From: Treponemataceae bacterium
GTDB lineage: Bacteria; Spirochaetota; Spirochaetia; Treponematales; Breznakiellaceae
Direction: 5' to 3'
Length of the DNA: 64,000 nt
Assembly (NCBI GenBank): GCA_031549725.1
Contig: JAVBPH010000017.1
Location: 236 to 64,235 of the forward strand
A program made the translations under genes and the position numbers. The first letter of the stretch is position 1. The number at the start of each line of letters is the position of its first letter. Of the stretch, positions 38,892 through 49,088 are shown one piece after another. The notes under the pieces were generated by a model. It made no database searches. It was given only the letters and a program-made list of their open reading frames with translations, and was not told the origin of the DNA.

Positions 38892-39740
38892 TTAAGGATT
38901 CCAGGGATGTCCCACCGGAGTTTGATAGGTTCCCAATGACCCCGGATCAACCTTTCCCATTAATATTTTATCATCAATAAGCAGGATCTTGCCACTGGCA
39001 TCAAAGGGATAAAAATAATCACAGTCTTCGGGAACAGCCGAACCAAGCAGATAAACACCCTTGGCTGTTTTAGGATTTCCTTCGACATAAAAATAAATTA
39101 CCGGGAAGGTCTTATCCAATAATTCCGCCAGTTTTTCCTTCCGGGTAATGTGTATTTTTAAGGTATCATAAGAATTTTCAATACCATATTCATTTTCAGA
39201 CAGCACAATTTCATGATCAGTCTCATACTCATCAACCAGGGGGATCAAAACAATATTGACGGACTGGTTAATCGACGGATCGTAATAATTATCAATGTAA
39301 AAAACTTTTCTGCCGTCCTTGATCCATAATTCCATCTGATCACAATCCGTAAAAAACAAATAATCAAACAACAGGCGGTCCTTTACCGTTATGTCAGCTT
39401 TTTCAAAATACGTTTCCAATACTCCGTACAAAAGGGAATCCCCGCTGTTTTCTTCAAAGACCTGGTAGGAGTTAAACATGGGTTCAATGTAAAGGGTTGT
39501 TTTGCCTATTTTTGCTTTGGAAATCAGGAAGCTGGCATATTCCGCTGCGTAGGAAAATTTTGCGGGATGGAACCCCAATTTTTCATAATTCAATTTTTTG
39601 AAATGTTCCAACTGGTCGGTGCTGATGTCCAGCAACGCCATTACCTGGTCACTGGGCGGACAGTTTTGACATGCTGTAAAAAATACTGTGACTGCGGACA
39701 CCAGCAAAAGCACTGTTCCGGGGGATGTTCTCTTTTTCAT
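38892..39740 (-). CDS. hypothetical lipoprotein
   Basis: 282-aa ORF. Signal peptide with lipobox FFTAC. No recognisable domain. Confidence 0.55.
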   Translation of the reverse strand: MKKRTSPGTVLLLVSAVTVFFTACQNCPPSDQVMALLDISTDQLEHFKKLNYEKLGFHPAKFSYAAEYASFLISKAKIGKTTLYIEPMFNSYQVFEENSGDSLLYGVLETYFEKADITVKDRLLFDYLFFTDCDQMELWIKDGRKVFYIDNYYDPSINQSVNIVLIPLVDEYETDHEIVLSENEYGIENSYDTLKIHITRKEKLAELLDKTFPVIYFYVEGNPKTAKGVYLLGSAVPEDCDYFYPFDASGKILLIDDKILMGKVDPGSLGTYQTPVGHPWNP

Positions 39741-39874
39741 TTTTTACCTGTTATTATTCAGTATAGTACAAACGCCCTTATAATACCTGGACGATTATGT
39801 ATACCTACCGGTAGGTATACACTTTCCCATTCAACATGTTCATCACCAAAATGATCTTCAGCATTCCCCAAAAT

Positions 39875-40039
39875 GAAGATACCCCGGGGCAGAGTCTCGG
39901 GTTATCTTCATTGTAGAGGAAATTATTATACAGGCTGAGGGTTCATACCACATACAAACGTTTCAACCTTCATCCAGGGCGTTAAAAAATCAACCGATGC
40001 AAGCCTCGGGGTATGAACCCCAACAGCCTTCCACTCAAC
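39875..40039 (+). repeat. family D element, copy D2
   Basis: Second copy of the 165-bp element. Carries the internal inverted repeat gggttcatacc...ggtatgaaccc intact. Confidence 0.8.
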
Positions 40040-40042
40040 AAC

Positions 40043-40173
40043 CCCGCCGCATCGGGGCATGTTGGTTCTGTAGGGTCAGGATTTTATGCGGGTTTAATAC
40101 CCCGCACAACAATTTCTTTGTTACTTCAAAGAATCGCCCTAAAGAGCGGGGTCTTAAACCCGCCTGCGAATAA
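40043..40173 (+). repeat. family E element, copy E2 (abuts D2)
   Basis: See E1. Starts 3 nt after D2. Confidence 0.75.
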
Positions 40174-40303
40174 CAGCATCCGTCGCACCGGACGGGAACC
40201 GGCGGGTTTATATAAAATCCCTTGACAACCCTTACCTATTCAGAAACTATGCATTATACTATGGATATGATTTTCAGATCACATTTATCAATTTTCAGAG
40301 CCC

Positions 40304-40333
40304 TTGACACAAGGCCTGTCTCCGGGATATATT
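40304..40333 (+). promoter_or_regulatory. sigma-70-type promoter for tRNA-Ala
   Basis: TTGACA (40304-40309), 18-nt spacer, TATATT (40328-40333), about 12 nt before the tRNA. A second TTGACA is at 40222. Confidence 0.45.
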
Positions 40334-40344
40334 CCTTTCATTCC

Positions 40345-40418
40345 GGGGGTGTAGCTCAGTTGGCTAGAGCGTTTGAATGGCATTCAAAAGGCCAGGGGTT
40401 CAATTCCCCTCACCTCCA
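40345..40418 (+). tRNA. tRNA-Ala (anticodon GGC)
   Basis: Folded by hand into a 74-nt cloverleaf. The acceptor stem gggggtg/cacctcc has the G3:U70 alanine identity pair. Anticodon stem tttga/tcaaa with loop atGGCat. T arm agggg-ttcaatt-cccct. Confidence 0.9.
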
Positions 40419-40454
40419 GAATTTTCCATCTTTTTTCCAATATTTTATTTTGCC

Positions 40455-42104
40455 ATGAGTGAAAACGATATGTTCCAGGGCGACATGGATCCTGAAATTG
40501 CTGAACTCCTGGGTGCTTCCACCGGATCAAATCAAACCTCACAGAAAGACATTCCTCCGGATTACTCAAGCCTTTTTAATGATGATGAAAGAGAAGAGGT
40601 GGATGCGCCGGAAATAGATCTTACCGAAACTTCCTTTCCCCAGATTACAAAACGTTTTTCAGATACGCCCATTACCATTTTTAACGATCCCAATTATTAT
40701 AAATCCGTCCTTTCCAGTGAGGGTGATATATCCCAGCGGGTGCATAATATCCTGCAAAAATATATCAATGCCAAAGACCCAAAGGACAGGAGCGTCTTCC
40801 GCCAGCAGTTTATCACCGCATACTGGGATTTCCTTATTAATATTGCCAGAAAAACCCCGGGGAGAATTCCCGAAGCAAAAAGAAACCTGCTCCGGTTCGG
40901 CATTCTCCACCCCAATTTTATTGAAGCCGGTGACCGGGAATTTTTTTCCAAAGTCATTGTAGAAAACGACATGAACCAGCCCATTTATTATCTTGATGAA
41001 TGGATTAAGGCTGTGGGAACCGGCGCCATAAGAAATTCCAGTACCGATGAGGTCCGGATTGCCAAGTCCAATTCCCAGATGAAACTGATGCAGCTCCTGG
41101 AAAAAGCTGCGGGAAAAAGGGATGGAGCCAAGAATCTTTTAAAGGCAAAAAGCGAAGAGCGGATACACTTTGAAAACACCCTTAAGCATAAGATGGATTT
41201 TATAATGGAACATTATCCCATAGAGGGTATGTCCGATATTTACTCGAATTATACGGAAACCCAGAAAAAGGAATTTTCGGAAATTCAGGAAATCCTGAAA
41301 ACCATGCTCCGGTCCGACCGGGAGCTGGAACTATTTATCCGGGATTTCCGTCAGGCCGAAGCGGATGTAAGAACCATAGAGCAGAAAATTGAAGAGGAAG
41401 GGGTGGTTGTTGAAGTTGACATGAGGGCAATAGATACGGAATTTGAAACTGTCCGGCAGATGACTAAAATGACCATTGGCCGGCAGGGAAACCATTTCCC
41501 TATCCTCACCAAGGAATACTTCCGCTGCAGCCCCAACGATATAGCATACCGGGAAAATGTAATTCTCATCCTTACCTGGCTGGAAAGTATTGATCCGGAA
41601 GTGTTCTGCCGGTCCTACAAAAACCGCCTGAACCGGATTGTTCCTTACATTGTATTACTGCCTTCTTATGGGGATATGGGGATCTGCTGGGAACCCTTTG
41701 ACCGGTTCAACCGGGCCACCAGCCGGGGCCGGATTGCATTGCCCATGTACCCAAAAAACCTGAACCTGGCAATCCTTTCCGCCGCGGCGGACCTGCGCTG
41801 GCAGGTTGCAAAGGAAAAGGCTTCCTATTACTGGATGGAGGAAGGCATCACGGGTAATTATTACCAGTGGTTTACCTCCAGGAAACTGAAGGGCGACGTG
41901 AAGGAATACTTTATACAGGATTACATCATCTGGATTACCAAGGAAAGCGAAGGCATCCAGAAACTTGATAAGGAAATCCGGGGGTTTTTCTGGCGTTACC
42001 TGCCCTTCTCCCAGGCGGTTAAGGATAAACTGAAAGGCCGGAGCTATGTGTACCAGGAACTGTACCAGCGGGATATAAACCGGTCCATGTCCGACGGGTA
42101 TTGA
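40455..42104 (+). CDS. conserved hypothetical protein
   Basis: 549 aa from ATG 40455 (MSENDMFQGD). The track start 40377 lies inside the tRNA-Ala gene and is rejected. No recognisable motif. Confidence 0.6.
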   Translation: MSENDMFQGDMDPEIAELLGASTGSNQTSQKDIPPDYSSLFNDDEREEVDAPEIDLTETSFPQITKRFSDTPITIFNDPNYYKSVLSSEGDISQRVHNILQKYINAKDPKDRSVFRQQFITAYWDFLINIARKTPGRIPEAKRNLLRFGILHPNFIEAGDREFFSKVIVENDMNQPIYYLDEWIKAVGTGAIRNSSTDEVRIAKSNSQMKLMQLLEKAAGKRDGAKNLLKAKSEERIHFENTLKHKMDFIMEHYPIEGMSDIYSNYTETQKKEFSEIQEILKTMLRSDRELELFIRDFRQAEADVRTIEQKIEEEGVVVEVDMRAIDTEFETVRQMTKMTIGRQGNHFPILTKEYFRCSPNDIAYRENVILILTWLESIDPEVFCRSYKNRLNRIVPYIVLLPSYGDMGICWEPFDRFNRATSRGRIALPMYPKNLNLAILSAAADLRWQVAKEKASYYWMEEGITGNYYQWFTSRKLKGDVKEYFIQDYIIWITKESEGIQKLDKEIRGFFWRYLPFSQAVKDKLKGRSYVYQELYQRDINRSMSDGY

Positions 42105-42206
42105 TCCGGCAGCCTCAATGCAGGCGGACCCGCGAAACAACCGTTAACATTACCCTAAAAATAAGTCTCCTTATTCAACAGTCCATTAAAGAACTAAGAA
42201 CGGATT

Positions 42207-42500
42207 TTATTCCTTATCCTTTTTAGGCGGCTGCTTCCGGCCGAACAGGGGATCGAAGTTTTTTTCCACATCCACCTTTTTGGTAAAAATCTTTATCACC
42301 GCCCGGTAAATAATAAATGATAGTACGATGGATAAAATAAAAACCACGGGGATTCCCCAGGCTGCCGATTCTGCAGGCAGCAGGGGCATGATCAAATACC
42401 CATATACAGCCAGAAGCAGTCCAATGCACAGCAGCGTAACCAGGATATTAAATGCTGTTGCCCCGAGGATAAATAAAATTGAATTTGATTTCTTGCTCAT
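42207..42500 (-). CDS. small membrane protein (two TM helices)
   Basis: 97-aa ORF overlapping the lspA stop by 4 nt. Two hydrophobic helices and a basic C-terminal tail. Confidence 0.5.
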   Translation of the reverse strand: MSKKSNSILFILGATAFNILVTLLCIGLLLAVYGYLIMPLLPAESAAWGIPVVFILSIVLSFIIYRAVIKIFTKKVDVEKNFDPLFGRKQPPKKDKE

Positions 42501-43018
42501 TTCACTTCCTTCCTTTTATCAGGTAAAAACATGGTGACCACCAGGAGGATACCGCACACAACCACACTGGCATCTGCTACATTGAATGTGGGCCAACGGT
42601 CCAATCCAAAGATGCCAAAAAATTTTACACTGATAAAATCCACCACCCCGTCGGGACGGAAAATTCTGTCTATCAGATTGCCCAATCCTCCGCCGACAAT
42701 TCCCGCTACGGCCCACCGCTGGAGATTGGTAAAATCATTGGATTTAAAATAATACCAGACCAGCAAAGCCAAAACAACCAGGGGAAATACCACAAACACC
42801 AGGGGTTTGATAATATCCGGGATGCCATGGCCTAAACTAAAGGCAATTGCCTTGTTCCTGACATGGGTAATCCATAGCAAATCTCCGCCGAACACGCTTT
42901 TTATGACGGTTCCGTCACCCGGCCAATTGGCGGCAATAATTGCTTTTGTAATCTGATCAACCAAAATAATAGCTGCGGTCAGGATAAAGGGTTTTACCTT
43001 TGCAGATTCAATGTTCAT
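42497..43018 (-). CDS. lspA: lipoprotein signal peptidase (signal peptidase II)
   Basis: 173-aa polytopic ORF with LspA motifs (NKAIAFSLG, GGGLGNLIDR, FNVADASV). Confidence 0.85.
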   Translation of the reverse strand: MNIESAKVKPFILTAAIILVDQITKAIIAANWPGDGTVIKSVFGGDLLWITHVRNKAIAFSLGHGIPDIIKPLVFVVFPLVVLALLVWYYFKSNDFTNLQRWAVAGIVGGGLGNLIDRIFRPDGVVDFISVKFFGIFGLDRWPTFNVADASVVVCGILLVVTMFLPDKRKEVK

Positions 43019-43035
43019 TGATTACTCCCATATTT

Positions 43036-43797
43036 TTATAAACCGGTGGGTACATCTATAAATTCGACTTCCGTTCCCAGATCGGCCGCGGTACGTTCCA
43101 TAACCCGCCGGACTCCCCATACTTCGGTGGAATAATGGCCGCCGGCGATCATATTCAATCCGCTTTCCAGGACCTGGTGATACACATCATGGGACATTTC
43201 CCCGGTCACATACAGATCTATCCCATCCCGGATTGCATCCAGCGCATCATGGGCGCCGCCGCCGGAAACAACCGCACAGGTGGTATTTTCCTTTTTGCCG
43301 AAGGGATATATCCCCAGGGGCGGCCGGCCCATAAACGTTATTTTCTTTACCGCCTCATCAACCGTCAGCGGCGCCGAAAGGGTTCCCTGGTATCCGACCA
43401 TTTTCCCATGGTAAAGACCAAAGGGGCTGGGCTCCTTTACACCCAGCATTTCAACCAGCGCCGCATTATTTCCCAGTTCAGGATGCTGGTCCAGGGGAAG
43501 GTGCACCGCATACAAGGCAATATTGTTTTCCAGAAGCAGCTGAAGCCGTTTCCTGTGGCTTCCGGCTACGGCCAGGGGCTGTCCCCAAAACAGGCCGTGG
43601 TGAACAAAAAGCATTCCCGCGCCGCTGGTTATGGTCCGTTCAAAGGTTTCCAGGCTGGCGTCCACGGCAAAGGCAATTTTCCCGATTTCCCGGCTATCAT
43701 TGTCCACCTGCAGACCGTTTAGTGAAGCATCGGCGGCACCGAACCCGTCGATATCAAAAAGCGATCTGAAATATGCGTCCCATTTCCGGCTGGTCAT
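43036..43797 (-). CDS. Nif3-like dinuclear metal centre protein
   Basis: NIF3 pattern (FVHHGLFW, AVHLPLD, GGHYSTE). Start set at Met 43797, which forms an ATGA overlap with the upstream stop. The track start is 43833. Confidence 0.85.
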   Translation of the reverse strand: MTSRKWDAYFRSLFDIDGFGAADASLNGLQVDNDSREIGKIAFAVDASLETFERTITSGAGMLFVHHGLFWGQPLAVAGSHRKRLQLLLENNIALYAVHLPLDQHPELGNNAALVEMLGVKEPSPFGLYHGKMVGYQGTLSAPLTVDEAVKKITFMGRPPLGIYPFGKKENTTCAVVSGGGAHDALDAIRDGIDLYVTGEMSHDVYHQVLESGLNMIAGGHYSTEVWGVRRVMERTAADLGTEVEFIDVPTGL

Positions 43798-45269
43798 GGG
43801 TCCAGTATATACCCGGTATCCATCAAATTCCAAGTACCCCCGGTTTCCAAATAAATATCCCCCGGGATATTTTCCCGGATGAGTATAGAGGGGTCATCCC
43901 AGTAAACATAAGCCCCGGAGTTCCTCATAACCATGGCCATCGAAGAAAAATTGATAATCAATGCCGCGGCGGTATCCGGGTAAAAATCCGGCGGTTCATA
44001 ACTGTCTGTTTCTCCGAATAACACATTCATAACCGGGTAAATGGAGGACATCCCCGCATAGTCCAGAAGGCCAGCCCCGAGGACTGCGGCTAACATCGCC
44101 GGAGCCCCGGACCCGTGAAGAAGTTTAACGATGCTGGCGTAACGGTTGTCCCGGAAGGAAACATCACTGATCTTATCCGATACAATATAAAGGCCGGGAA
44201 TTTGGGGAAAGGATTTTATTTCGGTTCCGGCTATTTTTCCCGGTTTCAGGCGGGCTGAAAAATTCTTCCATTTTACCAGCAACCCCGCCCAGAGCGCGGT
44301 ATCCCCGTCATCCGTGTGGTATACGGGTACTTCCTCCAGCACCACGGAAGATGCCAGGGGGCTTTCGATACCAACAAACCCGATAACCTCCGGAAATGCC
44401 TGCTTAAATCCCGGCTCCGAGGCCAGTTGTGTGATGGCCGCACCACCCATGAAATGCCCAACGGCAATGATCGTTCCCGGATCACCCAAAACCAGGGGGG
44501 ACCCGGATTTTCCCGCATTTTGCCTGATATACGATAAAAGGAAACGGATATCCCGGACACGTTCCTCTTCCAGGGATATGGCTGAAGAATTTGCCCAAAC
44601 AGATTCAAATCCCCGGCCGTAGGTCCAAAAAATCCGCATATATCTGAAAATTGAAGAATAACCGCGGCTCCCGCCGGGCCCAACCGCCGGGGCATCCAGG
44701 CCCTTCCTGCTGAAGGTCAGGACAACAAACCCATCAGCAGCTAAATTCCTGCACATCCTGTCCGGGGATGAAACGGGGCCGGCCACGGGGGGAACAAAAA
44801 GAATAATCGGCTGTTTTTCAGCGGCCTGCTGCTCAGGGGGATTGTAGATCCTTAAAAAGTATTCCCCGGAATCATCTTTTAAAGAGACCTGGGTTATCCC
44901 CTCCATGGAAATATCATCCGGAACAGCGGGCAGGAACCGGAAGGCTGCCCACATGGATCCCGCCAAAAAGATAATCCCCACCAGGGTTATGATGATGTTT
45001 CTATCCTTGAAGCTGTCGTTTTTTAACTGCCTCATCAGGGAAAAAGCCGCAGGAATATGGCAAATACAAAGTACCGCATTAAAAAACAGCAGGGGAATAC
45101 ATTCCGGTCTGAACCCGTATGCCGCAAATATACCCAGACACATTATCAGGCAAAACAGGGGCAAAAAAACGATCCCATCGATTGGCCAGAATCCCCTGAT
45201 ATAAGGACGGAACAGGACCACCAGGAGTAAGAGAGTTATGATTATTTCCAGAATAATTAAATCCCACAT
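43794..45269 (-). CDS. membrane-anchored alpha/beta-hydrolase-fold protein with a non-canonical nucleophile elbow
   Basis: 491-aa ORF with an N-terminal block of about 4 TM helices, then a hydrolase-like domain. The expected GHSMGG elbow reads GHFMGG. Confidence 0.6.
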   Translation of the reverse strand: MWDLIILEIIITLLLLVVLFRPYIRGFWPIDGIVFLPLFCLIMCLGIFAAYGFRPECIPLLFFNAVLCICHIPAAFSLMRQLKNDSFKDRNIIITLVGIIFLAGSMWAAFRFLPAVPDDISMEGITQVSLKDDSGEYFLRIYNPPEQQAAEKQPIILFVPPVAGPVSSPDRMCRNLAADGFVVLTFSRKGLDAPAVGPGGSRGYSSIFRYMRIFWTYGRGFESVWANSSAISLEEERVRDIRFLLSYIRQNAGKSGSPLVLGDPGTIIAVGHFMGGAAITQLASEPGFKQAFPEVIGFVGIESPLASSVVLEEVPVYHTDDGDTALWAGLLVKWKNFSARLKPGKIAGTEIKSFPQIPGLYIVSDKISDVSFRDNRYASIVKLLHGSGAPAMLAAVLGAGLLDYAGMSSIYPVMNVLFGETDSYEPPDFYPDTAAALIINFSSMAMVMRNSGAYVYWDDPSILIRENIPGDIYLETGGTWNLMDTGYILDP

Positions 45270-45474
45270 CTATAACTCCGTTTTGAATTTGAGAAAAATC
45301 CCTTTTCTGGTTTACTCTTTTTTTTTATTTTTATTATTATATATATAGTAATATAAACCCCATTACCAAACCTTACATTGAGGTTCTTGAATGATAGGTG
45401 ATATTATAATATAGTAAATTATACATTATGATCTAGTTACCTTAAAACTATTTTAAAACAGGAAGGGAGTCCCT

Positions 45475-46971
45475 ATGGCCGCACAGGAATTGGTTGTTGA
45501 TGAAGGAAAAATTAAAAAAGCTGTACAATCAGGTATACCTCTCACAATTACGACCTATACCCTGCCCCACGAAATAGAAATGTACATTGAACAGGTCCTG
45601 GAGTCTTTTTTACGAAACGCCGGTCAGGAAACACTAAAAGATTATATTGTGTATTGTGTTCAGGAACTGGCGGTTAATGCAAAAAAAGCCAATACCAAGC
45701 GGGTTTATTTTATTGAACGGGGTTTGGACCTGAACAATCCCGAAGACTATAAACTCGGCATGGATAATTTCAAGGAAGATACCCTGAACAATATTGGCCA
45801 TTATCTTATGCTGCAGAAGGAAAAAGGGCTTTATATCAAGCTGATTTTCCAGATCAAAAAGAATATTATCCATATTGAAGTCCGGAATAACGTGGCGGTT
45901 ACCAAAACGGAACTTATCCGTATCCATGATAAACTTGCCAGATCCCGGCAGTACAATAATCTGGAAGATGCCCTGGCCCAGGTTCTGGATGATACCGAAG
46001 GGGCCGGTCTGGGTCTTGTTATCCTGGTGCTGATGCTGAAAAAAATAGGTCTGGACGAAGATTGTTTTGATATTGTTGGTACCGATATGGAAACCATCGC
46101 CCGGATTATCATTCCCCTGGATCAGACGAACGTGGAAAACCTGAGCATCCTGGCCAACGCGATTGTGGAAAATGTCCACTCCCTTCCCCAGTTCCCGGAA
46201 AACATCCTCATGGTGCAGAAACTGATCAACGACCCGAAATCGGAAATGACCGATATAGCCCGGCAGATATCCATGGACCCCGCCCTGACCGCGGATTTAC
46301 TGAAGATCGTCAACTCCGCCCAGTATATGCTTGCCAAAAAAGTGGACAGTATTTCCGAAGCGGTAAAAATGGTTGGTATCCGGGGTATCAAAAACCTGCT
46401 GTACTCCTACGGAGCTGAAAAAGTTCTGGGCGGCGATACGGCGGATAAAAAAGCCCTCTGGGACCATTCCTACCGGACCGCCTTCTATGCATTTAACCTT
46501 ATCAAGAATTTCCGGAAGGACCCCAGTATTCTGGATGATGCCTACGTGGGGGGTATTCTCCACGATATGGGAAAAATTGTCTTTGCCAATGTGCATCCGG
46601 ATTTGTTAAGCAAAATAAAACAGTTCTCCCTGGACAAAAACCTGCCCGCTTCCCTCTTTGAGGACCTTTCCGCCGGGATGAACCATGCGGAAATCGGGGC
46701 ATTGATTGCGGAAAAATGGAATTTCCCGGAAAACCTGGTGACCGCCATACGGTATCATCATGACCCGGAATCTGCCCCGGCGGAACTGCGGGACCTGGTG
46801 GATACGGTTTACCTGGCGAATATGTTCTGTGAATATGAAGCGGGAAATGTTGCATTTGACCAGTTTGATGAATCTGCCCTGAAAAATTACGGCATTACTT
46901 CAAAGAAGCAGATTGATACCCTGTTGGCCCGGTTCTCCACGGGCTTTAAGAAGGAAAGCAGCGTCCGTTAA
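45475..46971 (+). CDS. HDOD domain signalling protein with N-terminal histidine-kinase-like ATPase segment
   Basis: HDOD signature (LPQFPENI...INDPKSEMTDIARQISMDPALTADLLKIVNSAQY, HDMGKIVF). The N-terminal part has EGAGLGLV, resembling a GHKL G-box. RBS ggaaggga. Confidence 0.8.
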   Translation: MAAQELVVDEGKIKKAVQSGIPLTITTYTLPHEIEMYIEQVLESFLRNAGQETLKDYIVYCVQELAVNAKKANTKRVYFIERGLDLNNPEDYKLGMDNFKEDTLNNIGHYLMLQKEKGLYIKLIFQIKKNIIHIEVRNNVAVTKTELIRIHDKLARSRQYNNLEDALAQVLDDTEGAGLGLVILVLMLKKIGLDEDCFDIVGTDMETIARIIIPLDQTNVENLSILANAIVENVHSLPQFPENILMVQKLINDPKSEMTDIARQISMDPALTADLLKIVNSAQYMLAKKVDSISEAVKMVGIRGIKNLLYSYGAEKVLGGDTADKKALWDHSYRTAFYAFNLIKNFRKDPSILDDAYVGGILHDMGKIVFANVHPDLLSKIKQFSLDKNLPASLFEDLSAGMNHAEIGALIAEKWNFPENLVTAIRYHHDPESAPAELRDLVDTVYLANMFCEYEAGNVAFDQFDESALKNYGITSKKQIDTLLARFSTGFKKESSVR

Positions 46972-47764
46972 GCTGGTCAGCCCAGGCCTGCAGGGCAATT
47001 CCAAAGGCCACACCGGCATTCAAAGACCCCTTGGCGCCATAGGTTTGAATGGATACCCTTCCAAGGGATTGTTCCGCCCGTTCCAGGGCCTGCGGACTGG
47101 CTCCAAGTTCCTCGGATCCCACAATCATGGTTCCCTGGTCAGGAAAAATAAAATCCCTTAAATCCGTCCCTCCCGTTTCCAGTACAAAAAGAGGGCCTTC
47201 CGCATCCTCAAGATTGATCCTGCGCCAGGGTACGGCAGATACGCATCCCATGGCCGTCCTTTGAGCCCTGGGATGGTCCGGATCAGCACAGAGCGGAGAC
47301 AGCAGTACCGTTTCCACCCCAAAGGATTCGGCGGTTCTGAACATGGAACCCACGTTAAAGGGAGACCGGATATCCTCAAGGTACACGTTCATCCCGGGAA
47401 AAACCTTTCTTTTCAGGGAATCCAGATTTCCCAGGTGATCAATAAAGTCCCAATCCGCGGTCTGCTGCCCTGTTTCGGCCAACAGAACATGCCGGATGGT
47501 ATTACACGCACGGATCAGGGGAAGATTGATATTTCCGGCGGATATTGTACCGATATTTTCCCTGGCAGCCAGCAATTCCCGGGCAGCGGCCCCGGAAAAT
47601 CCGGGATCCCGGACCAGAAGCCCCGCGGCTTCCCTCAGGTAGTCCAGGGGGAATCCCGGTTCCCCGGAAACCGACAGCCCCTGTTCTGCCTGGGTAAAAA
47701 TCTTGCAGATCTTACGCAGTGCCTGATGCCTGGGGAGCCGTTCCAGCTTGTGGATAGGAATCAT
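46946..47764 (-). CDS. TrmH/SpoU family RNA methyltransferase
   Basis: 272-aa ORF with SpoU motifs (SPFNVGSMFRTAESFGV, MIVGSEELGAS, GSLNAGVAFGIAL). Its 3' end overlaps the convergent HDOD gene by 26 nt. Confidence 0.8.
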   Translation of the reverse strand: MIPIHKLERLPRHQALRKICKIFTQAEQGLSVSGEPGFPLDYLREAAGLLVRDPGFSGAAARELLAARENIGTISAGNINLPLIRACNTIRHVLLAETGQQTADWDFIDHLGNLDSLKRKVFPGMNVYLEDIRSPFNVGSMFRTAESFGVETVLLSPLCADPDHPRAQRTAMGCVSAVPWRRINLEDAEGPLFVLETGGTDLRDFIFPDQGTMIVGSEELGASPQALERAEQSLGRVSIQTYGAKGSLNAGVAFGIALQAWADQLNGRCFPS

Positions 47765-47773
47765 GGGAAATAA

Positions 47774-48919
47774 TCAGAATGCCTGTTTCAGCATATCGTA
47801 GGCATCCTCCGCGGATACCGTCCGGGGAGAAAAGGATACGAATTCCAGATTCCTGGCGGACTGGGCAATGGGAACCAGCCGGTCCAGGGATAAATCAAAT
47901 TCCTTAAGCCGGGCGGGAACCTTTAAAAGGCCCATCCACCTCCGGATGCTGTTCACCACCATGGCTGCCGCATCCGCCACGGAGGCCCCTTCCACGGGTT
48001 CCCCCATGAGGGCCGCCACCCGGGCCATTTTTTCGGGCCGGGCGCTGACAAACCATTCCAGAACATACGGGAGCAGCACCGTGGAACACCAGGATTTTGC
48101 CACGGGAAACCGGGCATTCAGGGAATACGCCAGGGCCGTCCCGATACCGGGGGCGCTCATCGCGGATCCCATGGCCATGAGAAGCCCCGCATTGGTGGCG
48201 CCGCTTACCAGGTCAAAATTCATGTTTTCCGCATAGGAATTCATCATTTTTGTATACAGGATGATGGCCTGCTCCAGCATGGCGTCCGACAGGAACTGGG
48301 CCTTGGTGGAACAGTAGGATTCCACCGCCACACAGAACCCGTCAAATGCCGTGGTGGATGCGAATTTCCCGGAAAGGGATTCCGAAAGCGCACCATCAAC
48401 TATGGCTGCAGCACAAAGCCCCCTGGGGGATTTTACTGATTTGGCGGACCTGTCCCTGGGATCAACGGAAATAAAATAATCGGAAAAAAGAAAAGGGTCC
48501 CGGCCGGTGGTGGGAATAGCTATGTAGGGAAGGAAATTATCCTCCTGTTTTTGTCCGTCCAGGAGATCAAACACCGAAATATTACTTTTTACCAGCATAG
48601 CCGCCATCCGGGCAATGGACTGGGTTTTCAAACCCCCAATTCCGATTACCATGGAACACCGGGCTCCCCTGGCCAGGATTGCCGCGGATTCCGCAATATC
48701 CGCGGTGGCCTGGGCAGGAACTTCATCAAAAACGATGGACTCCACATTGGAATCCTCCAGGACTGTGTTCAGCCTGTCGATGATGCGGTTTTCATACAGG
48801 ACCTGCTCTGTAATAACCAGGGCTCTTTCACCGTGTTGGGTAGCAAAAGCCCCAGCCCGGTTAATCGTATCAACCCCAACAACAATTTCAGGATCCAATT
48901 TAAACGAAAAATCTGTCAT
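47774..48919 (-). CDS. iron-containing (group III) alcohol dehydrogenase
   Basis: Fe-ADH fold pattern (VIGIGGLKTQSIAR, AIPTTGRDPF). Start set at MTDFSF, 9 nt behind aaggag. The track start is 48937. Confidence 0.85.
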   Translation of the reverse strand: MTDFSFKLDPEIVVGVDTINRAGAFATQHGERALVITEQVLYENRIIDRLNTVLEDSNVESIVFDEVPAQATADIAESAAILARGARCSMVIGIGGLKTQSIARMAAMLVKSNISVFDLLDGQKQEDNFLPYIAIPTTGRDPFLFSDYFISVDPRDRSAKSVKSPRGLCAAAIVDGALSESLSGKFASTTAFDGFCVAVESYCSTKAQFLSDAMLEQAIILYTKMMNSYAENMNFDLVSGATNAGLLMAMGSAMSAPGIGTALAYSLNARFPVAKSWCSTVLLPYVLEWFVSARPEKMARVAALMGEPVEGASVADAAAMVVNSIRRWMGLLKVPARLKEFDLSLDRLVPIAQSARNLEFVSFSPRTVSAEDAYDMLKQAF

Positions 48920-49039
48920 CTGTTCCCACTCCTTCAAAGAGCTTTACCCGTTTATTATTCCGGAACCCGGGATACGGTTTTTCTGCAGGAAAAATCAGCT
49001 GCTGAACAACCTGGTTTATCAATTTCACCGGCAATGAAG

Positions 49040-49068
49040 AAAAAAAAGGCGGAACCCCCGGTTCCGCC
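49040..49068 (-). terminator. intrinsic terminator after flgM
   Basis: On the minus strand, ggcggaacc-ggg-ggttccgcc is followed by tttttttt, about 20 nt after the flgM stop. Confidence 0.7.
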
Positions 49069-49088
49069 CATATATTACATACAAAATA

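Noticed and set aside
40377-40454. Track start (40377) of the 575-aa ORF
   Set aside because: The first 26 codons overlap the tRNA-Ala gene. The real start is ATG 40455.
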